Virus record (IMG/VR): IMGVR_UViG_3300042558_002627
Coordinates: 1-56,722 of that record
Direction: 5' to 3' (one strand)
Source: a virus
Lineage: Duplodnaviria; Caudoviricetes
DNA length: 56,722 nt
Positions within the stretch are counted from its first letter, which is position 1; every line of letters begins with the position of its first letter. The translations under genes and the position numbers were made by a program. Below the pieces are notes generated by a model. That model was given only the letters and a program-made list of their open reading frames with translations. It did no database searches and had not been told where the DNA came from. Shown here in pieces: positions 35,601 to 44,700 of this stretch.

Positions 35601-38277
35601 TAACTCTTCAGCAGTAGAAGAAAGACTACGTGCTATATGGAATTCTAACTTAAAAGGTGTAGGTACTAGAAGTAATTTGATTACAATAAACGAAGATGAT
35701 GAATACATTTTTGATAAGACTGTAGGTAATACACTAATTGCACAAGCAGCAGAATTTGCTAAAAACCCAGAAGCAGTAACTAACGAAGAATTAGCTAATT
35801 GGTTAGGACTTTTTGGAATTGTAATCAGTGATAAAACTTACGAAGATTTACGTAAAGGTAAGTTTAATAATAAGGGTCGTAAAAGTTGGAATGCATTATT
35901 CACTGGTGGAAAAGGTTTAGTTAAAGCATTAGCTAGAACTTTAGATGCAACACTACAAGGAGAAGTATCTTTTGATGATGCTAAGATTCTAACAGATTCT
36001 GTAGTAAAAGCATTGGCTAAATTAGAAGCTAGCAATAACCTAAGTGTTTATAGCAACTCTTTCCAAGCAGGTGGAAAAACTGTGTACTCTTACGGAAATA
36101 ATAATTTCCTTGTAAATAGAATGCGCGATCTTACAGCATACAATAATGAAACAGGGACATTTGTTAATCAAGATTTGATCGATAAATTACAAAATATTTC
36201 CTTTAGTAAAAATAGTAGTTGGCTTCAAGATCTAACCGAAGATGGGGCATTGGGTGATACAATGCGTAATACTTTCAGAATAAACTATTTATCCCTAGAA
36301 GCGCTTAAAAAAGCATTTACTAAATCTCAAGATAACAGAAAGCTAAATAACTTAACTGCTGCAGAGCACGAAGTAATTAAAATTGCTTTCTTCCAAAATG
36401 TTTCTGGAGATACTCTTAATGGAGAAGATAGAAGAGCTGTAGACTTCTTTTATCCTACTATGTCTGATAAGACTACTATGTTGACTATCAGCGCTTTAAC
36501 TCGACAATTAGTTTTAAGTGATGGAGAAATTTCGGATAAAAATCTAGAAACATTATACGATACAATTGTTGTTCCAGAAATAAACAGAATTCGAGATAAG
36601 CAATCTGATAACATTAAAGGATACGAACCTAACTATTTCTATTTCTTCCACAGCCTTAATTCTTTAATGGTTCCTATGGGAATAGACGTTAATGGAAATG
36701 TTACTGAGAAATCATTCCTAGATATTGTTAAAGATAAAGACAATACTTTATATTCTCCTGAAGTTAAGCAGGCAGTAATGGAAGAAATCAAAAGTATTTT
36801 TGATGGATTACTAGAAAAGAAATTAGAAGACTGGGGTAAACTAGGAATTGGATTAAAGCTTACAGATAAAAATAATAGAGTAACTGATAACTATACTTTC
36901 TTAGATAAGGAGTATATGTCTAAAGTAGCTAAAGTAGGTAAAGGAGTTGACAAGGTTAGTTACGCAGCAATGGATTATTTATTCAATAATTTAATTGCCA
37001 ATGCTGAAGCTTATAAATTATTTGCTGGAGATCCTGCTTTATATGCAAAGTTTAATAGCAAGAAAAGCTTAGAACAAAACCTAGAAGAAACTTTTACTAA
37101 TATTGGTAAACGTCTTGCTGGAGATATTGCACCAGGTATGGAATTAGCAGACAGTGCTAATAATAATTACTATCAAGTATTTATGCAGGATAAAAAGATT
37201 GATAGTAATAATGTAAAAGACACTGCTCAAAAAGAATACTTTAGTAAAATCATGAGTAAGTTTGGAGAAAACTACTCTGGAATAGAAGGTTCCGATGCTC
37301 AGGAATATACTACTTGGAAAGAGCACTTATATGTAATGCAGCAATTAGGTCGATTGACTAAAGCTCAATATGATAAAATTTATAAACAATTAGAAGGACA
37401 GTCTAAAGGAGATTTTAGAAAATCTAATATACTTTCTTATGATGATATAAATATTGTCATGCAGCCTTTAAAACCTGTATATGTAGGCAACACTGCTTCT
37501 ATAGAAGATAATGCAGACCGTAGAGTTTATATTAAGTCTTCTAGTTTTCCACTACTTCCCCAATTAACTTTAGGAATGCAAATAAATAAAATTCGTAAGG
37601 GATTAGAAGCATTTGAAGAAGAAATGTCGGGTACTACTAAAGATGGTAAACCTGCATTTGTTAGAGCTTCTTTTGGAACTGCAAATAAAGTAGGGGCTGT
37701 TAAAAATGCTGTAGAAGTTTTTGATAATAATGGTAATGTTGTTGATAACTTTAAAGTAAGCCTAGATAATACGCTATTACTTTCTAGATCAAACTTCAGA
37801 ATTCAGCAAGATGTTCCTTACAAACGTGAAAAAGATGCTGTAAATATTGGAACACAAGAACGTAAGCTATTATTTGTAAATACATTAGATCTAGAAATTG
37901 AACCAGGTGTTAAAGGTCAAGATTTAATGGATCTTTATAATCAAAACTATCAAGATTTATACGAATATGCTTACGAAGAGTTATCTAAGAAACTTGGTCT
38001 AGTTAAAGAAATAACTAGTACAAAAGACTTAACATCATTGTTAGCGATGCCATCTTCAGATATTTTTGAAAGAACTTCTGAATTAGAAAAGCAACTTAAA
38101 AGCGTTAGTCCTATTAAGAAAGCAGAACTGCAACAAGATTTTGCAGAGGAAATAGGGGATGATAACTTAGAAAGAGTTAACTTTATAAACAAAAATTTCG
38201 ACAATATAGTTGAAGCATTGATGTCATCAGACATGGCAATCTTCAAAGACGAAAATAATGAATTCAAAAAATGTTAA
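29671..38277 (+). CDS. Giant virion protein: N-terminal membrane/helical region, Nudix hydrolase domain, and N-terminal (beta-like) half of the virion RNA polymerase
   Basis: 2868 aa; Nudix box ETAEEAAMREVKEETGL (~33950-34000); crAss vRNAP-type motifs PTMSDK, LFAGDPALY, KRLAG, SDAQEYTT (~37291), QPLKPVYVG, YIKSSSFPL, RIQQDVP. Confidence 0.75.
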   Translation: MAKKQVPVVVPTSPRHDMIQKIVDQKVDKTLGFNQEVVDKLGVGESGEYSGLQKIYKQKNADIFDPYEDYVDRGTLHGGQFSMEELGKIRAENQSNWEQARHAVGRVAVNIVPQIIGGLSSMVDVPGYFSAEEAANNQLVNWAQDLKKEVDNDWFPIYEENPGQSMNLSDPAWWMSRGSGLVESIGSFAVTGMVGGKIASTVLGGVGKLTRGKDLARAVLGANKSQRLLGGAEALTNATMMNQAEATISATQVFNDTYKARLAQGWDAPKAKQAAAEAAATTMNINKINILLNLSSAAAFLKPIQGGSRNLVKLTSGLGKITELAKEGGQESLEELINLVAEKAGTAKGRGEKYTMKNALEDMGSMEGFEAAFLGALGGIGQKGIINATEYSKYGAGNTKDAEGNRISKVEYERGQYAKQQEVINELKEKGVNVTDVMKNFKDNLLFQEKLTEAEEKGDQAEVDKLKEELFENQAIKAFQSGTTEVLENLYRAEAERNPEEVGQDHIDRANDALVQLKQLESIYNNFEGYENVDEIFFNRANKSRADRNLKYVEGLKKESDFQLSKDLHSIAKKYSYERERPILIKENGEVVRTEIATDTIPLSYSMSNLDENQGHTEAEQKIYDKFLAEVKALPSYKNSTSYGETVDKMQNLVTTADQEFAEITSKKYQITFAEKKAKEAEKKAAFEAISRSTSMAEVEKLRDAFDDPMLKKAAENKLADLKKANDIAAKQKQTTFVVQTFNDKIKNATKDQLEQLRTEIEEAELSQNHKTDLNLALDKKIRALNGEETEEDLAEDAEEDNPLADVDSRTPEEIAAEVEKENASFDTTLPKDLPNPNTEKQDVEGEVGEAAVNLAQEDKTLVIGEDAEGNLIYSYDRSSEGYNRAAYLSKEFNQKEVLGIVYRSDIDNTVDNLELLDPDYLNAGAELNLQVDSEYAGEKYDPTSNTREKISWSMREIELQKQADAQGILLTSLPEYIAEVPIKVTDKDGNTVFYVHDNAWYRAENLNATAEEIVEDKARNFKIRETIVKKNEPVKSKVQYKSFGKLFKTFDGESLPVSITMPDSKLILAVGRDGAFELPGNANKLLNGGTILNSPVSEGRLYAIVKVGPKDYMPIPLERKPISKEVINTVMFAIEAHLTGDQENPIVKAIRESSLSLDITTTSGLAEYLNQFIYLFPTQGPAGLENYLLRGGGQNTLKSNMPLISVTATGIEFGRPGVNMGSYVDKNGNKVTKCAITVSANFKSKGGQATNQAGLDKLRALLEDPRYTPLANASRKDLAKNADSIIILDAEGNTNTVKYPDLVKNSHQTNILSINIGTEEEPKWAYTIQPTILFDTAFAGIKPTKKKAAATPKINKVTPAQKSSLRYKGVNPTVDVIVTKIINGEPHVLIIKRGANAKSEPNKLAFPGGFHDTTAKAGNKWKPGKETAEEAAMREVKEETGLDLEGLPLEQVGVFDDRTRDPRNSNTSWISSTVYKVTIPEDFSGSTEVSGQDDAQDARWIPVSELSATDKSEFGFDHADILESEGLIFTTTDLEAEKKSKVSTLRAEEQAELTKAIPNIDEYKVDGEIDKESMPADVRAKYNKIYDKYDKLIAPLLPKKPTAEQEVEELTGEALIEAYAQDIAKGIEDKSQIEQYLENLKEGLVPEADAVDMGFNSLPEAIASFEKALEIFNKNEADSKTITLPSGLKVTVNKNTKDSNPIGEDSVDELMTALDEDQLKEQRDEIDQMLIRGLDTQTQSSLIAYLSSDIIQATLSAKEVGGLKSVKVKPILDKHLESLKELSKFYKEQGLDNKAARLDAVIDQFDKVRRLVNQNMSLLSTGTVKEDIELDANEDAGGLVRNNYTDDWAFTVNPKSTTSEDLKKFFSMIQAQDENGPIVNLLGLPEILPYDTVYNTLKGLLSNKPADYDLMIKILELNTEKFPWINSVIDLLEKSNTPDKIKNEFVSGMVGHNIHMQFVMWSKDRNGNYSLQKWSSNSSAVEERLRAIWNSNLKGVGTRSNLITINEDDEYIFDKTVGNTLIAQAAEFAKNPEAVTNEELANWLGLFGIVISDKTYEDLRKGKFNNKGRKSWNALFTGGKGLVKALARTLDATLQGEVSFDDAKILTDSVVKALAKLEASNNLSVYSNSFQAGGKTVYSYGNNNFLVNRMRDLTAYNNETGTFVNQDLIDKLQNISFSKNSSWLQDLTEDGALGDTMRNTFRINYLSLEALKKAFTKSQDNRKLNNLTAAEHEVIKIAFFQNVSGDTLNGEDRRAVDFFYPTMSDKTTMLTISALTRQLVLSDGEISDKNLETLYDTIVVPEINRIRDKQSDNIKGYEPNYFYFFHSLNSLMVPMGIDVNGNVTEKSFLDIVKDKDNTLYSPEVKQAVMEEIKSIFDGLLEKKLEDWGKLGIGLKLTDKNNRVTDNYTFLDKEYMSKVAKVGKGVDKVSYAAMDYLFNNLIANAEAYKLFAGDPALYAKFNSKKSLEQNLEETFTNIGKRLAGDIAPGMELADSANNNYYQVFMQDKKIDSNNVKDTAQKEYFSKIMSKFGENYSGIEGSDAQEYTTWKEHLYVMQQLGRLTKAQYDKIYKQLEGQSKGDFRKSNILSYDDINIVMQPLKPVYVGNTASIEDNADRRVYIKSSSFPLLPQLTLGMQINKIRKGLEAFEEEMSGTTKDGKPAFVRASFGTANKVGAVKNAVEVFDNNGNVVDNFKVSLDNTLLLSRSNFRIQQDVPYKREKDAVNIGTQERKLLFVNTLDLEIEPGVKGQDLMDLYNQNYQDLYEYAYEELSKKLGLVKEITSTKDLTSLLAMPSSDIFERTSELEKQLKSVSPIKKAELQQDFAEEIGDDNLERVNFINKNFDNIVEALMSSDMAIFKDENNEFKKC

Positions 38278-38279
38278 TA

Positions 38280-38768
38280 ATGGAAAAATTACTTACAGAA
38301 AACGAGATTAAATTTCTCAATATGTTCGGTAAATTAGAGTTGACTGCGTCACATGTGTATCAGCACCTTACTAATCGAATGAAGACTTTAGGTTACTTCG
38401 GCGCAGAAAAATTCTTTTTATCAGAATCTTTAGACGAAAGAAAGCATTACAATACAATAGAACAATTTATGAACGACATGAATTGTGAGCTTTCTGTAGA
38501 GTCTTTAGACCCTGTAACTAGCTCTGTAGCTGGTATTGGAGACGCTTTAGATATGGCTTACAAAATGGAAGCGGATCTTTTAGCAGCTTATGAAAAAGTA
38601 GCCAATTCCGAAATATCAAGAAAAACGTTAATTTTGCTTCAAGACTTTATTATGATACAAGTATCAGCAGTAGGGGAATATGGAGATTTAATTAACCGTT
38701 TAAAACTTACTGATAACATGTTGCTGTTTGATGCAGATATGTTAGAAAGAAGTGAGAACGAAGGATAA
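38280..38768 (+). CDS. Ferritin-like (non-haem ferritin family) protein
   Basis: ELTASHVY...GYFGAEKFF..ESLDERKH...ALDMAYKME...LQDFIMIQ ferritin four-helix pattern; probable start ATG 38280 (TAATAATG). Confidence 0.75.
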   Translation: MEKLLTENEIKFLNMFGKLELTASHVYQHLTNRMKTLGYFGAEKFFLSESLDERKHYNTIEQFMNDMNCELSVESLDPVTSSVAGIGDALDMAYKMEADLLAAYEKVANSEISRKTLILLQDFIMIQVSAVGEYGDLINRLKLTDNMLLFDADMLERSENEG

Positions 38769-38782
38769 TAAAAAACAACAAC

Positions 38783-41700
38783 ATGTCAAATTGTAAGTAT
38801 TTTGTCAATGGTGATTGGGTAACTGAGAACCAATTAAAAGAGCTTTTGAATGCTGGGCTATTAGATAATTTAGTTTCTAATGGAACTGTAGAAGTAAAAG
38901 GCTTTAAAGTAGACAGCTCTAAGTTGCTTAAAGCAGAAACTACTAAAGTTACTAGTGATAATATTCCTGCAGTAACATTGGCAAACATATTAGCAAATGA
39001 GATTAAAAGCCGACAAGGCTATACTCTTAACATGTTGTCCGCATTAGAATTAACTAATCCTACTGCAGAAGAAAGAGCTAATGGGGTAGAACCAGATTTC
39101 AAAATTCCTTTATGGGCATCGCCGTATGCAAATAAATTTGAAAGTTTACTTACATCTTTAGTAAGTAACAAAATAGTTAAGCAAAAATTCCCAGGAAATT
39201 CTTACATCTTAGGTTCAGAAGAAGGGTTCCGAGTTAAAGAAGGGGACGAAGCAGCAGGAGAATTAGGAAAATCTAACATCGTATTTACTTCTAACTTTGA
39301 TCCAGAAAAAGGATTACAGCCAATGCGTTGGGATTTCGAAAATAAAAAGATTCTTCCTGCGCAAATAATGATTCCATTTAAATTCCGCGACGAATCAGGA
39401 GAAATTCTTTCTTTGAAAGATTTTACTACACTAGAAGAGGGAGGAAGAATGGTATTAGATACTACCAAAATTCCAGACAAATTACTTCAACTATTTGGCT
39501 TCCGTATTCCTACACAAGAGCGTAACTCTATGGCCGCTGTAGAAATAGTAGGCTTCTTACCTGAAGCATCAGGAGATCTTGTCTTAGCGCCAAGAGATTT
39601 TACTAAGCAAATGGGATCCGATTTTGACGTTGATAAATTGTACACATATATGTACAATCATTTCTACGATAATAAAACTGGGAAACTACATACCAACTTT
39701 GTTTCTGATAAAAAGAAAATCAAAAGTTTCATAGAAATTACAAAACAAAGTATTGAGGATATAAAAGAAGAATTTAAACTTTCTAAAGAGCAGAAGAAAA
39801 TTTTAAATGCTTACATCCAAGAGGCTAATGTTAGTTTAACAGATCAAGATTATTCAGAAAGACGTTCTAAAGGTGAGGAAACAGAATCTGAATTATCTAG
39901 AATGGCTGCAGAAATTTTAAATTTCTCACTTAAAGGAGAACTAAAAGAAAAGTTAGACTACAATATCAATCAACTATCGATATTAAGTAGATCTTACAAA
40001 GCTTCTCGACAAAATAATATCTTAGATATTCACCATAGAATTATGACCTCTTCTAATCCTGAGATCATATCTTCTATTATGGCCCTAGATTCCTTTGGAG
40101 AATTTGAAAAATTAGCTAAGGATATCAACACCTTAAGAAATACTGACGGCGCAATTCCAATTATTCTTTCTGACGTCTATCAAAGAACTAAATATATTAA
40201 TGCAACTGCAGGTAAAAATGGTGTAGGATCTTTCTCACTAGATTCTACGTTTAATGCAACTGCACAAGGTAAACAACTTACTATACAAAATTTATCTGCA
40301 GAAAATAAAGAATTATTATTTGGTACTGTTCAAGAACCTAGAACTCCTACAGCAGCAGAAATTTTAGAAGCTAATGACCCTATTGCTACTTTTGGAAATG
40401 TAGTTTCTAAAGGAGATTTATCTAATAAATATACTCTTCGTTCTCAAGCAATTATTAATCTTGCTAAAGCAGAAAAAAGAGAATTAACAGATAAAGAAAA
40501 AGAATCTTTAAAATACAAATCTACTATCATACGAGCTCTTCAATCAACGGCAGTGGATAATGAGAAAGCACAGATCCTTGATAAATTAAATATCAATGAT
40601 GAAACTTTTGATGCTATCCGTGCAATGGCCCTATTAGGGTTTGAAGAATCAGAAATAGTAGGATTAATAACTCAAGATATTATCTGGGAGTTTATTGATA
40701 AATTGAAAGACGCGCGATCTTCCTTGACTTCTTATAATGCAAATGCAAGTGCAGATATATTCCAAGAATTAATTGCTAAGTACGATCCTAGTAAATCCTA
40801 CGCCGCACTTGATGCTGATAGAATAGATTCTTATTCTGCTAAATCTGGAGTAGAGCTTATTGCTAATATTGGAAATAAAACTCTTGTGCCTCTTAAAGAA
40901 GGTACTACTCCTGATTTTCATCTAGAGCAACTAGCATTATTAGATAAATTCTTAAAGTTAACAGCTACAGGAAAAGACATCAAAGTATTGCAGTCTTCTA
41001 TTAATACTGAGTCTAGCGGTATTCCTAAATCATTATTGGAGACAAAAACTAAAGTAGAACAAATAGAACGTTTGCCTTACTTAAACATTTTCAATGCCGA
41101 TAAATTATTAGGTGAATACGAGGTAACAGGATTAAGTAATCCTACTACTATTAATGGATACGCTGCGTATTACGGAGCAATGTTTGCTAATAAAATATAC
41201 GATAAGTATTTCCCATATAAACAAACAGGGTTTAATGCGGTAGTAGGAGAGATTATGTCTCATACTCCAAAAGGAGATACTATAAGTTTACCTAAAAAGA
41301 CTACACTTCAGCAAGAGATTTTTGATCAAGTAAAATCTTATCTGTATTCGAATACTAATACTAATTTATTTGGAGATAATCCTGATATAGAAAGACATAG
41401 ATTATTCATTGATACTAAACAAAATAAAAGTTTAGCATCTATTTTAAATGAACTATCTAATACAACTTGGTTCCAAAAAAATGGATTCTTGAATAAACTT
41501 TCGTTTGACATCAATAAAAATGGTACTATTTCTAGAATTAACTTTGAAGCAGCAGCTGGAGAAAATCTAGATGAAAGAAATATCTATGATGGATTTAATT
41601 ACTTGCTTAGTAAAAACTTTGCAATTGGAAACTACAACGGTATAGATTATACTAGTCGTATTTTAGCACAAGAGCTTGTTGCAGCAGCTTTCTTAGAAGG

Positions 41701-44700
41701 AGGAAATCAAGGTGCTAAACAATATTTAAAATACGTTCCTGTAGCTTATTTAAAATCATTAGGATTTGGTGAATATTTACAAGGAATTCCTTTTGATTTC
41801 CAAGAAACTTTCTTTGGAAATATAGTAGAAGAAACTGTTATTTATAATCAACCGTCTACTTTTACTCGTCAATATTTTCAAAATAACCCTGATCTAGTTA
41901 AAACAATAAACTTATCAGACATAGAAAATAATAACAATAAAATTCCTGATTCTTTTACTTTAAATAAAGAAGCATTAGCAGATAATTTTGTAGATACTAT
42001 TGACCCTGCAACAGGAGAAGCTACAAAAGAACAAGTACATTTCCTATCTATTTACGATAGTAAGTTACCTTCTAACTATGCATTATACGAATTTGACAGT
42101 GTGTCTCGTGTATATCGTAAAATTTCTGTTTTATCAGGTAGTTACGGATTTGTTGGGTATAACTCACAGTCTAAAAATAGCATGCCTACTGAGATTAAGA
42201 ATTTATCTACAGCAGCCCCAGTAGAACAAGGAGCACCTGGATATACAATAAATAATATTCCAGTAACTCCTTCTAAAAAATTCGACCTCAATGTAGTTAA
42301 TAATCCTACTACTCCTACAACTACTGCAGGATTACCTATCAACAGAAAATTATCTGGTACTAAAGAAGCTTTAGATGATTTATTAAATAATCTAGAAACT
42401 TCTAATGAAGTGTCTACTTTAAATACGCAGTTAATTCAATTGATTCGTACTTTAGAATTACCTCAAAACTTCAAAGTTGTATATGATGATACTTTAGAGT
42501 CTAGAGGTAATTATAATTCCGAAGAATCAGTTCAAACTTTGACTATAAATTTAAAAGATCCTAACAATAAAAAAGTAAATGATTTAGCTACAGCAGTTGT
42601 ACATGAGCTTATACATACGTTTACCGCTGATAGTATTCAAAAGTATGAAGATGGAGACTTGGATAAATTGTCTGCTAAAACTATTGCAATTATACAGCAA
42701 TTAGAGTCTTTACAAAAATTATATATTGATGAGCTAGTAGCTAAAGAAGGACCAGAAGGATTAAAAATATTTGAGAAAAAATATTTTGATTGGAAAGCAG
42801 GATTAGCAGATGCTCCTAAAGTATCCAAAGAACAAATAGCTAAATACTACGGAGCTATTAAGTTGACAGAGTTTGTTACAATGGCTTTAACTGATGCAGA
42901 ATTTCAAAAGCATTTAAATGATATTACTGATGAAACAGGTTTATCAATGTGGGAGCAATTAAAAGAGTTGCTATCTGACTTATTAAATGCATTAGGACTT
43001 GATATTAAACCTGGATCTGCTTTAGCAACTGCTATTAAAGATAGTATGGATTTAATTAAAGCTAATCAAGATGCTTTAAAAGAAAACAATATTGAAACTA
43101 AGCAATTTATAGAGTTTGGTAATACTTATAGATTCCAAGTAGATGGTAACGGTAAAGTAATTAAAGCAGAATATGCTCAAGGTAACGGTGTTTACAAAGC
43201 GATGAACGCTAAAAATAGCCAAAAGAAATATGACGAATTAAAAAATAAACCTGAAATACAAAAAACAGCAGAAGCTAAAATTACTGAAGATACTATTAAT
43301 AAATACGAATTATTCCCAGGAGTATTTGCAAATGCTGGGCAAACTGAAGCTATTGATAAATTAAATGACTTCTTAAAATCAGACGAAAAAGCTTTCTTAT
43401 TAGAAGGTAAAGGAGGAACAGGTAAAACTACTATTATCAAACAAGTAATTGCAAGTTCTGCAATTAGTGGTAAAAAAGTATTAGCAATTGCTCCATCGCA
43501 TAAAGCTAAAAAAGTATTAGCTAGATCTTTAAAAGATTTAGATGTTACTGTTAAAACATTGGCTTCTGCTTTAGCAATTAAACTTGATGAAAGCACAGGT
43601 AAATTTGAACCTGATGAATATGCTAGAAAAAAAGGAAATGTTCCTATTGGAAATGGGCAAATTATAGTTATTGACGAAAGCTCTATGGTATCTGATGCAT
43701 TATTAGCAGAGATTAAACAGTGGGTATCCGCAGGAGCTAAGGTAATCTTTATGGGTGACCGCGCACAATTACCTCCAGTAGGACAAGAAAAAGACAGTGA
43801 TGTTTTTGGATTAAAAAATCGATACGAGTTAACTGAAAAAATGCGTCAAGCAGCAACTTCTCCAATTATAAATATTGGAAGCAAGATTGCAGCAAACGCA
43901 GAAAACGATACTAACAGAGTAGCTAATCCTATTACATCTTTAGACCGTGTTAATAGTACAGATGTTGTAAGTGGCTCATCAATTACTTGGGAAAGTTCAG
44001 AAAGCGCTGCGTTAGATCAATTTGTAGAAGATTTGCAAAAAGCTGAAGGCGATGTAAACTTTGCTAAAATAGTAACGTTTAACAATCAAAACCATAAGAG
44101 CCCTCAAAGTGTTAAAAATCTTAATACTAAAGTTCGTCTTAAATTATTTGGAGAACGTGCATTAGGAGAAAAATTTATTCCTGGAGAAATTTTAACAGCT
44201 TATGATTCTTACAATCCTACACAAGGAAAAGAAGAAATAGATATAGTATTCTTTAATAGTGAGGATATGATTGTTGAAGCAGTTAAGACTATACAAGGCC
44301 GCCCAGTGACAGTAGAAGTATTTTCAGGAGCAAAGGGAAGACGCTCTGCATCTTTCAATTTTGATGTAGAAATGCTTACTTTACAAAATGATGAAGGCAA
44401 AACTATAACTAAATTTGGTAGTCCTGTAGAAATTCCTGTAATTGCAGAGTCTAGTAAAGAAGAATACTCAGCAGTTTTGAATAAATTATGGTCAACTGAT
44501 CGACAAATGGCTTATGCATTGCAAGCTAAATTTGGAAATTTAGAATATGGATACGCAATAACTTCTCACAAAGCTCAGGGCTCTACTTATACTAATGTTT
44601 ACGTGATGGAAGATAACATCATGGGGCCAAGTAACGGTGGTAGCATCAAAGCTAAGAGTCAATCATTATACGTAGCAGTCTCTCGCCCTACTACTAAATT

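Noticed and set aside
38271-38790. Intein or self-splicing intron explaining the RNAP split
   Set aside because: The intervening ORF is ferritin-like, not a homing endonuclease. The termini lack split-intein signatures (no C-terminal HN followed by C/S/T), and no space is left for a group I/II intron core.
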